Below, piece after piece: positions 36,991-45,873 of a stretch of DNA of 64,000 nucleotides (positions are counted from its first letter, which is position 1; every line of letters begins with the position of its first letter). A model generated the notes under the pieces. That model was not told the DNA's origin and did no database searches. It saw nothing but the letters and a program-made list of their open reading frames with translations. A program made the position numbers and the translations under genes. This DNA is from Bacteriovoracia bacterium (lineage in GTDB: Bacteria > Bdellovibrionota > UBA1018 > CAIPTA01), in the NCBI GenBank assembly GCA_050246755.1, contig JBFWVL010000001.1, positions 544,001 to 608,000 of the forward strand, written 5' to 3'.

Positions 36991-37611
36991 ATGGTCACCG
37001 AAGCAAAACAAACCAAGCCGCTAATTCCGGAATTCGCCTACCGAGATATCGACTACTTCTTTCGCAAAAAAAAGTTCCTGGGACATTCCCACGAAAGGAA
37101 CGTGACCAGCGTGTATTCCGATCGGGCCGCTCTGAATTTGGCCGTGAAGGAACTGCAGGCCAATGGTTTCCGGAACGACGATATTTTTATCACCACGAGC
37201 CATCACGGCACGGTGCTCGATACCCCGCTCCGGATTGTTTCGATCGCGCCATTTCTCACCCCCCTCGGTATTTTGGTGGGCCTTATCTTAGGTGGCCTCA
37301 TGGGCTGGCTTACGCAAATGGGTACCCTGCAATTCTTTGGGATTCAGCCCTTCGTAATGGATTCCGGCCTCGTGGCCGCTTCCGCTAGCAGCACGGTCGG
37401 AGGGTTCGTCGGGGGGATTTTGGGCCTTATCTACGGAATGCGTATTCCTGAATACAACCCCTGGAAATATGAAACTTCGGCGCCGCAAGGAACTCTATTT
37501 CTCGTGGTGCGCACGGTGAATGAAGAAGAAACCGCGCTCGCCGCCGAAGTGCTGGACATGACCATGGAAGCGAATGCTCACCCCGTAGTGAGCGAAGAGC
37601 TAGCCGCCTAG
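36991..37611 (+). CDS. Glycine-zipper membrane protein (DUF3341/general stress protein-like)
   Basis: AVKELQANGF..DDI, then two Gly-rich TMs, GMRIPE, and LVVRT. Confidence 0.65.
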   Translation: MVTEAKQTKPLIPEFAYRDIDYFFRKKKFLGHSHERNVTSVYSDRAALNLAVKELQANGFRNDDIFITTSHHGTVLDTPLRIVSIAPFLTPLGILVGLILGGLMGWLTQMGTLQFFGIQPFVMDSGLVAASASSTVGGFVGGILGLIYGMRIPEYNPWKYETSAPQGTLFLVVRTVNEEETALAAEVLDMTMEANAHPVVSEELAA

Positions 37612-39189
37612 CCCAGAAAGAGTGCAAATCACTTCGGCGCCGAAAGCCTCGAGCTTCCGATCGCCAATGCCGTGCACCTGGCTCAGCTCGTCCTGCGTAG
37701 CGGGATTGAGAGAAACGATCTCGCGCAGCGTACGATCACTGAATACCATGAAGGCCGCCACGTCGAGCTCTTTGGCTTTCTGTTTACGCCACTCCTTAAG
37801 AGCCGCGAATTTTTCCTTCTGAATCCCACTAAAGCCTTCGAGGGCGAGGTTGGTTTCCTTTTTGGCGGCCTTGCGCTTACGCGCGCGCGGCTCGCCGGTA
37901 ATAGCCACTTCCTCGTAGACGGGCCGCTGCACTTTCCGATCGGAATCGGGCAGGCAGGAATCGCAGTGGCCGCAGCTCTCAATCCGCTGAGAATCTTGGT
38001 AGTAGGTAAGAATGCCGGCGTGGCGGCACTCGCCCCCTTCCGAATAGTTCACCAAAGCATCGAGGGTATTATAGCGGGATTTTTTTATCTCAGCCGGTGC
38101 ATGGGACTGCTGAATGAAAAAAGACTGGAGGCCCTTATCTTTTTTCGAGTAGAGCATCAAGCACGTAGACGGCAATCCATCCCGCCCGGCCCGCCCCATC
38201 TCCTGATAAAGAGAGTCGATATTGGCCGGCATCTGGAAGTGCACCACGAGACGTACGTCCGGATGATCCACGCCCATGCCGAAAGCATTGGTAGCCACGA
38301 GGATCCGGATTTCTCCCGCGCCGTAGGCTTCCTGGGTTTTGTGGCGATCATCGGGGCTTAGGCCGGCATGGTAAAAGCCAACTTTTTTAAAGGAAGCACT
38401 CAAACGCTGGGCTACCTCTTCGGTAGACCTTCGCGTACCGCAATAAATAATCACTCTGCCCTTGGGCGCTTGCTTCAGCGCTTGCTCGAGCAGCTGGAAC
38501 TTCGCCGTTTCATCCATGCAGGGTTCCACTTGGTAATAGAGGTTCGGGCGGTAAAACCCGTGCACGTGGCGTTCGGCGGCCTTCAATTCCAGCCGTTCTT
38601 CCACGTCTTTAAGTACTAACGGAGTGGCCGAAGCGGTGAGCGCGAGCGCGGGAATATCGGGGCGGATCTTTTTCAAAAATTTCAGTTGTCCATATTCTTC
38701 ACGGAAATCGTGCCCCCACTGCGAGACGCAATGAGCCTCATCGATCGCAAAAAGCGCGATGTCCCGCTTCTCGATCCACTTATGAAAAGCTTCCTTCTGC
38801 GCTCGCTCCGGCGAAAGGTAGAGCACGAACGCGCCGCCGAGCGCCATGCGGCGGAAGACGTCTTTCTTTTCTTCCTCGGTCTGTCCCGAGTGCAGGCAAC
38901 CGGCGGGAATTCCCGCTCTTTGCAGGGCCGACACTTGGTCCTTCATCAGCGCGATGAGCGGCGAGATCACGATCACCAACTTATTTTCGTATACGGCCGG
39001 GAATTGATAGCAGAGCGATTTTCCGCCGCCCGTAGGCAATACGGCCAGCACGTCTTTTTTCTCGAGAACGGCCTGAATGATTTCTTTTTGCCCAAGGCGA
39101 AACGAGGCGAGGTTGAATCGCTCGCGCAGCAGGGTTTCGTAAGATTTTTCGGTGGTTTTCATTTTTTGTATAAGACGCGAGTTTAGCAT
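37600..39189 (-). CDS. recQ: RecQ family ATP-dependent DNA helicase with HRDC domain
   Basis: PTGGGKSLCYQ, DEAHCVSQWGHDFR, QEMGRAGRDG, Zn cysteines and HRDC. Alternative start 39162. Confidence 0.92.
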   Translation of the reverse strand: MLNSRLIQKMKTTEKSYETLLRERFNLASFRLGQKEIIQAVLEKKDVLAVLPTGGGKSLCYQFPAVYENKLVIVISPLIALMKDQVSALQRAGIPAGCLHSGQTEEEKKDVFRRMALGGAFVLYLSPERAQKEAFHKWIEKRDIALFAIDEAHCVSQWGHDFREEYGQLKFLKKIRPDIPALALTASATPLVLKDVEERLELKAAERHVHGFYRPNLYYQVEPCMDETAKFQLLEQALKQAPKGRVIIYCGTRRSTEEVAQRLSASFKKVGFYHAGLSPDDRHKTQEAYGAGEIRILVATNAFGMGVDHPDVRLVVHFQMPANIDSLYQEMGRAGRDGLPSTCLMLYSKKDKGLQSFFIQQSHAPAEIKKSRYNTLDALVNYSEGGECRHAGILTYYQDSQRIESCGHCDSCLPDSDRKVQRPVYEEVAITGEPRARKRKAAKKETNLALEGFSGIQKEKFAALKEWRKQKAKELDVAAFMVFSDRTLREIVSLNPATQDELSQVHGIGDRKLEAFGAEVICTLSGLGG

Positions 39190-39211
39190 AGTCGCCCTTT
39201 CGCAAAACGGC

Positions 39212-39228
39212 CCAAATTACGAATTTGG
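39212..39228. promoter_or_regulatory. Candidate operator between recQ and the fadL-like gene
   Basis: CCAAATT-ACG-AATTTGG perfect 7-3-7 inverted repeat. Confidence 0.35.
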
Positions 39229-39312
39229 TACTGCGACAATGGTACACAGCGCCATTTGCCGGACTTTTCTTCTAAACCATCCATGCTAGCCTCTTGAGAA
39301 ATGGAGGTAACA

Positions 39313-40608
39313 ATGAAAATTATTTCTTTGTTCGTTTTGGCTTTCGGCTTTAGTTCCCTTGCACACGCGGCTGGTTTTGAAAAAGCCGTTCTTTGGTCCG
39401 GTAAAGAGGCTGGCTCCGGCAGCGCGGGTATGTCACGTATTTCAAGCAGCGAGTCGCTCTATTTCAACCCGGCAGGTTTGGCCGGCGGCGGCACGGGCGG
39501 CGATTTCACCCTGAACGTGAGCCCTACCTCCATTAAGCTCCAAGGCTCCATCGCCTCCGCGGCGGTAAACGAAGAGACCGATAAGAACTATTCCACCATC
39601 GGCAGCGGCTTCGTGAAATACAAAGTGAACGAGCGGCTCGGCGTGGGCGTGGGCGCCTACGTGTCGGGTGGATCCAAGGCGATCTATGAGAACGTGAGCC
39701 TGGCCAGCGACCAGCCCACCATCACCGCCTTCACCCCCACCATCCGTACCGAACTGGCGATCATCGAGTATTCCGTAGGCGCGGCCTACGAGATCATTCC
39801 TGGCCTTCGCTTCGGCGCGGCTTGGCGTATCGCTAAAGTAGACGGCGGTTTCTCCACGGTGAAAAAAACCATCGCCAATACCGCCTATTCGTTCATTGAT
39901 ATCGCCGACGCGAAACAAACCCGCTACAACGGCTATCGTCTCGGCCTACAGTACGAAAATGACGCGAAAACTTGGGGCGTAGGCGCTACTTTCCGCAATT
40001 CCATGAACTTTAGCGCCGTGGGTAACGGTACGGGATCCACCACCGTGATTCCCACCACGATCACCACCGCCACCACCATCGGCAAAACCACCCTCGGTAC
40101 CGGCCTTCCCTGGTCCGCTTCGCTGGGCGGAAACGTGCTCGTGAACGAAGACTTCCGCCTCCTCGCGGCGGTAGACATGATGAAGTACTCGGAAAACAAA
40201 CAGCTCACGATCGTTGGCACCATCAACGGCACCACCGTGATCCCCAACCTTCCGCTCAACTGGAAGGATATGTATAACTACCGCTTGGGCGGAGAATACC
40301 TCGGCATCGAAACCGTGGTTCTCAAAGCGGGCTACGTGCTCACCACTCCCGTAACGCCCACCCACGATGCCCGTGCCACGCTGGCTCCTCCCGGAACTGG
40401 CCACACGGTAACCTTGGGGGCCGGTAAAACGTTCTTGCGCAACACCGTTAGCGTGGATGGCGCCTTCGAATACGCCTTCAACAATGCGGGCGGTTCGGCT
40501 AGCCCGACCTACGCTACTGATACCACCAAAGAGCTTTTGGCCACTTCCTCCTCGGAATACAAAGCCAAGGTAATGGCCTTGCACTTAGGCGCTTCTTACC
40601 GCTTCTAA
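39313..40608 (+). CDS. OmpP1/FadL family outer-membrane hydrophobic-compound transporter
   Basis: GGAGG SD; signal peptide; mature AGF start; YFNPAGLA motif; C-terminal YRF. Confidence 0.85.
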   Translation: MKIISLFVLAFGFSSLAHAAGFEKAVLWSGKEAGSGSAGMSRISSSESLYFNPAGLAGGGTGGDFTLNVSPTSIKLQGSIASAAVNEETDKNYSTIGSGFVKYKVNERLGVGVGAYVSGGSKAIYENVSLASDQPTITAFTPTIRTELAIIEYSVGAAYEIIPGLRFGAAWRIAKVDGGFSTVKKTIANTAYSFIDIADAKQTRYNGYRLGLQYENDAKTWGVGATFRNSMNFSAVGNGTGSTTVIPTTITTATTIGKTTLGTGLPWSASLGGNVLVNEDFRLLAAVDMMKYSENKQLTIVGTINGTTVIPNLPLNWKDMYNYRLGGEYLGIETVVLKAGYVLTTPVTPTHDARATLAPPGTGHTVTLGAGKTFLRNTVSVDGAFEYAFNNAGGSASPTYATDTTKELLATSSSEYKAKVMALHLGASYRF

Positions 40609-40620
40609 GCTTAGCCCCTT

Positions 40621-40655
40621 GCCGGGCTGCCCCGAGCGGGCGGCCCGGTTTTTTT
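40621..40655 (+). terminator. Intrinsic terminator
   Basis: GCCGGGCTGCCC/GGGCGGCCCGGT stem followed by a T tract. Confidence 0.8.
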
Positions 40656-40717
40656 ATGCACTCCGAGTCGGAACTTATCTCTTGCCATCGCCACGGGCCC
40701 AATAGAAAATTCTGCAA

Positions 40718-42241
40718 ATGATTCTGTCGCAAGCGTTAAACCAGGCCGCCCTCAAGAACATGAATCACCCTGCCCTGATCGATCTGGGCAAATCACTTTC
40801 CTACGGCGAGCTCAAGCAGCGCATCTCGCAGCTCAGCTACCTCTACCAAACCGAAATTCCCGCGGGTGAACGCGTGGCCATTCTCGCCACCAACGGTTCC
40901 CAGGTGGCCCAAACTTTTTTCGCCCTCACGAATATCGGTAATCCGATTCTTTTCCTGGATCCCGCAGAATCCAACGAGAGCTTCGTGACCGACCTCCTGA
41001 AGCTCGAGATCAAATATCTGCTCATCACCGGCGATCAGCTCGCCCGGGCGCGCGATCTGCAGCGCTCCACCGGCATCCCGCTCTCCATCATCGAGCTCGA
41101 GAAGAAGCGTGGAGGCGAATACGATACTTCCTTCACTCCCGCCCCCGAGCGCCCGTTAAAAGACACCGACCCCGTGCTGATTCTACGGAAAGAAGAATTC
41201 GGCTCCGACCGGAAATATATTTTCTTCAATCACAAGAAAATCTATCACTCCGTAAATTCGGTGAAGCGATTCTACCGCCTGCTTCCCTCCGACCGCCTCA
41301 TGACCAATATTAATTGGAGCCACCCCTTCAGCCTCACTCACGGCCTGCTGCTCCCGCTGTTTCTCGGCGCAACCTGCATGGTGGATCCACTTAGCCCGTC
41401 GGTGGAAGAATTCATCGAGTATATCGCCAAAGAGCGCGTTACCCGTTTCGCCGGCCCCCCTAAATTTTATTTTCAACTTCTCACCTTCTGCGCGTCACAA
41501 AAATATACCTTGCCCGGAGTAAAGAGCATTACCGTGGGCATGGGCTCCATCTCCCTCGCCCTCCGGAAAACCTACCGTTTGCTGAATATTCCCGTGCTCC
41601 GCTGCTTCGGCCGCCATGAGGCCGTTTGGTCGATCGCCATGGATTCCTTCGATGAGGCGCTCGATATCGAAGGCGCCAAGAGCCGCCCGGTAGCAGGACT
41701 CCGTTGCAAGGTGCTGGACGCGAATGGTGATGAAATACCCGGCCCCGGCCGTCGCGAAGGAGTGCTCGCGGTTATGTCGGAAGCCGTGATGGATGGATTT
41801 TTTCACCCCAACAAAGAGACCGCCGCCCTCGCCACCCGTCACGCTCTCCGTGGAACTTGGTTCTATACCCAGGAGATTGCCCGTCTCGAGGGCGAGAACG
41901 ACGCCGTTACGATTGCCGTGCTGGGAAAAGCCGCCGATATGCTCCCGGCCACCACCGGCTTCGGCTTCGTTTCCCCCCGCACGATGGATGATTTGGCCCG
42001 CTCTATCGAAGGCGTGCAGGATGCGGCCGGATTCGTGCGCCAAAACGAAGAGGGCGAACGCTTCTTCGCCTGCGCCGTGGTGCCCGAACGCAAAAACCTT
42101 GGCACCAACGCGGTGCTCGCCGAGCTTCAGAAGAAACTCCCGCAAGATTACCCCCTCCGCAGCGTGCACTTCACCGACTCCATCCCGCTCGAAGCCTTCG
42201 GTTCGGTGAACCGGCAAGCGCTTACTCGGCAGTTTCCCTAA
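40718..42241 (+). CDS. Class I adenylate-forming (AMP-binding) fold protein with degenerate catalytic motifs
   Basis: Overall ANL layout (LSYGEL, GERVAIL, VLD..G, WFYT), but the P-loop, TGD and final Lys are substituted. Confidence 0.8.
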   Translation: MILSQALNQAALKNMNHPALIDLGKSLSYGELKQRISQLSYLYQTEIPAGERVAILATNGSQVAQTFFALTNIGNPILFLDPAESNESFVTDLLKLEIKYLLITGDQLARARDLQRSTGIPLSIIELEKKRGGEYDTSFTPAPERPLKDTDPVLILRKEEFGSDRKYIFFNHKKIYHSVNSVKRFYRLLPSDRLMTNINWSHPFSLTHGLLLPLFLGATCMVDPLSPSVEEFIEYIAKERVTRFAGPPKFYFQLLTFCASQKYTLPGVKSITVGMGSISLALRKTYRLLNIPVLRCFGRHEAVWSIAMDSFDEALDIEGAKSRPVAGLRCKVLDANGDEIPGPGRREGVLAVMSEAVMDGFFHPNKETAALATRHALRGTWFYTQEIARLEGENDAVTIAVLGKAADMLPATTGFGFVSPRTMDDLARSIEGVQDAAGFVRQNEEGERFFACAVVPERKNLGTNAVLAELQKKLPQDYPLRSVHFTDSIPLEAFGSVNRQALTRQFP

Positions 42242-42337
42242 ATTTTACCTGCGTCAGCCTGGCCGGCGCCTATTTTTTTGCCGCCACGGAAAAACCAGTT
42301 AGAATAGAGGCTCAACTGATTTTTCTATGGAGGAAAA

Positions 42338-42805
42338 ATGAAAAAAATCCTGGTTATCCTCGCTCTCACCCTCGCCCCCTTAGCCCACGCCAACGATACC
42401 AGCTCCGGCTGCGGACTTGGCTACGAAATTGCCCCTAAGCAATCCCTGCTCTCTTCCTTCGCACGCTCCCTCACGAACGCCACCTTCCTCAACACGGTAG
42501 CCATGACGTTCGGTACCTCCGGTTGCGCCAAGCACAGCATCGTGCAGAAAAGCCAAGAAGCTCAATACTTCGCCGAAGCCAACTACCATACCCTGATGAT
42601 GGAAATGGCGATGGGACAAGGCGAGAACCTGGAAAATTTCGCGGCCGTGCTCGGCTGTGACCGTGCTTCCTTCTCCGCCCGCATGCAAAGCCACTATGGC
42701 GATGTATTCTCCGGAAACGTCGCTCCCACCAATATGCTGCAGAACGTGAAAGCCGCCATCGCTACCGACAAAGAGCTGGCCGCCAGCTGCACTCCTCAAG
42801 GTTAG
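42338..42805 (+). CDS. DUF3015 family secreted protein
   Basis: GCGLG...TFGTSGC...EMAMGQGENL...LGC pattern. Confidence 0.85.
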   Translation: MKKILVILALTLAPLAHANDTSSGCGLGYEIAPKQSLLSSFARSLTNATFLNTVAMTFGTSGCAKHSIVQKSQEAQYFAEANYHTLMMEMAMGQGENLENFAAVLGCDRASFSARMQSHYGDVFSGNVAPTNMLQNVKAAIATDKELAASCTPQG

Positions 42806-42809
42806 TCTT

Positions 42810-44654
42810 TTGTCTCGGCCGAAGAGGATAGCCTGGATACTTCTCCTCCTGGCGCCTCTCTCGGCCGCTGCTGCTCCCTTCGCCCAATCGCCCGAGTGGC
42901 TCAACCTCCTGCACTTCCGCCCTAGCTTCATCGGCCCCAAGAGCACCGCCGACGGCCGCGATTTTTTTCTTTCTCCCGAAGGCAAAGTTGATCCCGAAAA
43001 AGAATTGGCAGCCACGCTCGCGGCCTTCCGCGCCGGTGCATCCGCTCCCCGCGTGGGCGCCCTCAAGCAAATCCCCCTCTGCGCGTTTCCAGCCCGCCGG
43101 CATTTTCTCGAACGTGCCCTCGGCGAAAAGTTTCCCGGCGTTCCCTGCCCCGAATTCGAGGAGTGGCGGGCCGGTCTTTCCGCCGAGAAGGCCACCTACG
43201 TTTTCTCCAGCGCCTATCCCAACAATCCCGCGGCGATGTTCGGCCATACCCTCCTGCGCCTCGATCGCGCCGCCTCCGCCGCCCGCACCAACCTGCTGAA
43301 CTACGGCGTAGCTTTCTCCGCTAATATTCCCACCGGCATCGATGATTTCCGCTACGGGCTCTATGGCCTGCTCGGTGGCTTTGCCGGCGTGTTCAGCCTC
43401 GCGCCCTACTACACTATGGTGAACGACTACACGAACGCCGAGATCCGCGACCTCTGGGAATATCCCTTGAAGCTGAATCCCGCACAGGTGGCCACGATCG
43501 TGGAGCACCTTTGGGAGCTCTATACTAATACCTACTTCGATTATTATTTCTTCACCGAGAACTGCACCACCCAGCTGCTGGCGCTATTGCAAGTGGCTTT
43601 GCCCGAGATCGATATCTTTCGCGGCCTGCCTATTTATATTCTTCCCATCGATTCCATCCACCAGCTAAAGAAGCTCGGCCTCATCGAAGATCCCCTGCAC
43701 CGCCCTTCCGTGAAGAAAAAATTAACCGCGAGCTACGCCACCCTCTCGAAGGAAGAGAAGAAAGAGTTCGCTACGCTCGTAGCCGGAAAAATTCCGGTGG
43801 CCACCATCACCTCCTCCGCCATTCTCGATACCGCCGCCGCCTACTGGAACTACAAAAAATTTCTGAACAAAAATCTGGTGAACTCGGCGGAGCAGGCTGA
43901 GCTGACGAAAATCCTACTGAGACGAGCTACCCTCGGCAAACAAGAACCGCGTAAGCTGGAGTATTCCACCGATTCCCGCCCTGATCTCGGCCACTATTCC
44001 TCCGCCGCGAACTTCGGCTACGGCTACCGTGAGAAAGAAAATCGCGTGCGCCTCGGCTACCGCATCGGCGTGCACGATCTGCTGGATGGCCAGCTGGGCT
44101 TCGAGCCCAATGCCCAGATCGATATTTTCTCCGGCTCTCTCGCCTACTTGCCCGAGCGAAAAAAAATCCGCTTCGAGGAGCTGCGCCTCTTCGAGGTTAC
44201 TTCGCTCTTCCCTTGGGATAACTACGACCGCAAGCTCTCCTGGAAAATTTCCGCCCGCGCCGAAGAAATCAAAAAAGTTCCCTGCGATAACTGCCACCGC
44301 GGGGTATTCGAAGGCGGAGCCGGCATTTCTTTTTACGGCTTTGGCGCAAAGGATCTTTGGTATTCTCTGCTAACCGCGCGCTCCGCCTACTCTTCTCGCG
44401 TTCAGTGGGATCTTGGTTTGGGCAGCGAATCAGGTCTGTTGTTTCGTTTTAGCCCTCGGCACTCGGCACGCTTCGAGGCGCGCGGCGAATGGGATTTCTT
44501 CCGCTCCTTTGGTCAGAGCTGGTCCTGGAATTTTTCTTTTACCGAGGCCTATACGTTCAATCAGCGCTGGGAGCTGCGGGCGGGTGTTGAGTATATTCCG
44601 CGTACCGTTCTCGATGAAAAATCCGCCTTCGCTAAAGCGATATACTTTTTCTGA
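42810..44654 (+). CDS. DUF4105 (Lnb N-terminal-like) domain protein with C-terminal beta-barrel-like region
   Basis: CAFPAR, NNPAAMFGHTLLR, RDLWEY and YYFFTENC motifs; C-terminal F. Confidence 0.85.
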   Translation: MSRPKRIAWILLLLAPLSAAAAPFAQSPEWLNLLHFRPSFIGPKSTADGRDFFLSPEGKVDPEKELAATLAAFRAGASAPRVGALKQIPLCAFPARRHFLERALGEKFPGVPCPEFEEWRAGLSAEKATYVFSSAYPNNPAAMFGHTLLRLDRAASAARTNLLNYGVAFSANIPTGIDDFRYGLYGLLGGFAGVFSLAPYYTMVNDYTNAEIRDLWEYPLKLNPAQVATIVEHLWELYTNTYFDYYFFTENCTTQLLALLQVALPEIDIFRGLPIYILPIDSIHQLKKLGLIEDPLHRPSVKKKLTASYATLSKEEKKEFATLVAGKIPVATITSSAILDTAAAYWNYKKFLNKNLVNSAEQAELTKILLRRATLGKQEPRKLEYSTDSRPDLGHYSSAANFGYGYREKENRVRLGYRIGVHDLLDGQLGFEPNAQIDIFSGSLAYLPERKKIRFEELRLFEVTSLFPWDNYDRKLSWKISARAEEIKKVPCDNCHRGVFEGGAGISFYGFGAKDLWYSLLTARSAYSSRVQWDLGLGSESGLLFRFSPRHSARFEARGEWDFFRSFGQSWSWNFSFTEAYTFNQRWELRAGVEYIPRTVLDEKSAFAKAIYFF

Positions 44655-44700
44655 CGCACCCAGCACCGCGAAGGGCGATCGTCGGTTTCATTAAGAAATA

Positions 44701-45144
44701 TTAAGGGCTCGGCTTAGTACGAATCTCCACCGAAGAAAGCATGGTCTTCCCCTCTGCGATCTGATCTGGCGATCCCCGCAAACGGTACTGAATCACGATC
44801 ACGTTTTCTTTGATTCGCAGCAAATAGATGGCCCCCTTGGCCGCGGTCCCGGCCCGAAATCCCGGCAACCCGGAAATTTCTACCGCACGCGGGTGCTGGT
44901 CTTTCGCCTCACCCACCACGTACTTCTCGAGAGCTTCCACCGAATCCACTCGGCTCACCCAATCGGATCCCAAGAAAATTTCCGACTGTGCTTTGTCTGT
45001 TACGGGCCCATGCAGGACACTGCTGCGCCCGTTATGCTGCACGCTCCAGCCCTCGGGCCGGTAGATGCCAAAGCCGCCGTCTTCGTTGTAGTACCAAGAA
45101 GCCTGGACCGAGAGTGCCGCGAGCAATACGAAAAGTAGCTTCAT
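44701..45144 (-). CDS. Hypothetical secreted protein (PsbP/DcrB-like fold possible)
   Basis: Signal peptide; GFGIYRPEGW. Confidence 0.65.
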   Translation of the reverse strand: MKLLFVLLAALSVQASWYYNEDGGFGIYRPEGWSVQHNGRSSVLHGPVTDKAQSEIFLGSDWVSRVDSVEALEKYVVGEAKDQHPRAVEISGLPGFRAGTAAKGAIYLLRIKENVIVIQYRLRGSPDQIAEGKTMLSSVEIRTKPSP

Positions 45145-45176
45145 GATTCAATGATACGCAGGAAGGAAGAAAATTC

Positions 45177-45770
45177 CTACTGCAGGCGGTACTCGATCGG
45201 CACGCTCACGCGCCAGCCCAGCGCCTTCTTTAGCTCGGCCGGCAGTGGCTTAAATTTTCCCACGGCTTCCACGAGCTGGAGCGCCGCTTTATTGAGTGAA
45301 GAGTGGCTAGAAGGTTTTACAATCCCCGTTTCGGCAATCTGCCCATCGGGACGCACCAGGAAGCCCACTTCCACCAAGCCCTCCTGCCGCAAAGTTTTCG
45401 CGAGCGAAGGGTATTGCTTCCGGGAATCGAGCAGGAGGCGTAGTTCATAGAGATAGCGCTCCTTTGCGGACGCTTCAAGGCCGCTTGCTGCGCCGGCCTC
45501 GACGCCCTCTTTTGCCCCTGCCTCCGTTTCGGTATTTCCCAGGCTATTCCCTCGAACTGAGGTCGCCGGGGCATTTTTTGTGATGGGCAGAGATTTGCGC
45601 GGAGCGATTTCTTGAGCAACCGATAGATGGGCCTGCGATAAAACTTGCACCGATACGCCGAGCGGTTCCGAATGCACCACGGCACGCGGGCAGCCGAATT
45701 GGTATAGCGCAAATAGCGCAAGGTGCAACGTGAAGCTCACCAGGAAAAATCTCTGAATGCGGATGCCCAT
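45177..45770 (-). CDS. tonB: Energy transducer TonB
   Basis: N-terminal TM with S..LH motif; YP..A...RQEG.V.V.F; SS....LNKAA. Confidence 0.88.
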   Translation of the reverse strand: MGIRIQRFFLVSFTLHLALFALYQFGCPRAVVHSEPLGVSVQVLSQAHLSVAQEIAPRKSLPITKNAPATSVRGNSLGNTETEAGAKEGVEAGAASGLEASAKERYLYELRLLLDSRKQYPSLAKTLRQEGLVEVGFLVRPDGQIAETGIVKPSSHSSLNKAALQLVEAVGKFKPLPAELKKALGWRVSVPIEYRLQ

Positions 45771-45873
45771 CGCCTAGCAAAGTATCATAGCGGTGCAGCA
45801 AAAAATAGTCGGTTGACTTGAATGCCTTCCTTGTTAAAAAGGGATCCTGCCCAAAATAAACCAAGGAAATCCA

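Noticed and set aside
37474-37648. Degenerate ACTTCGGCGCCG(C/A)A motifs near 37474 and 37631 resembling the HNH palindrome core
   Set aside because: Only the GC-rich CGGCGCCG core matches, both lie in coding sequence, and that 8-mer is frequent here. Not counted as copies, but worth including in a genome-wide scan.
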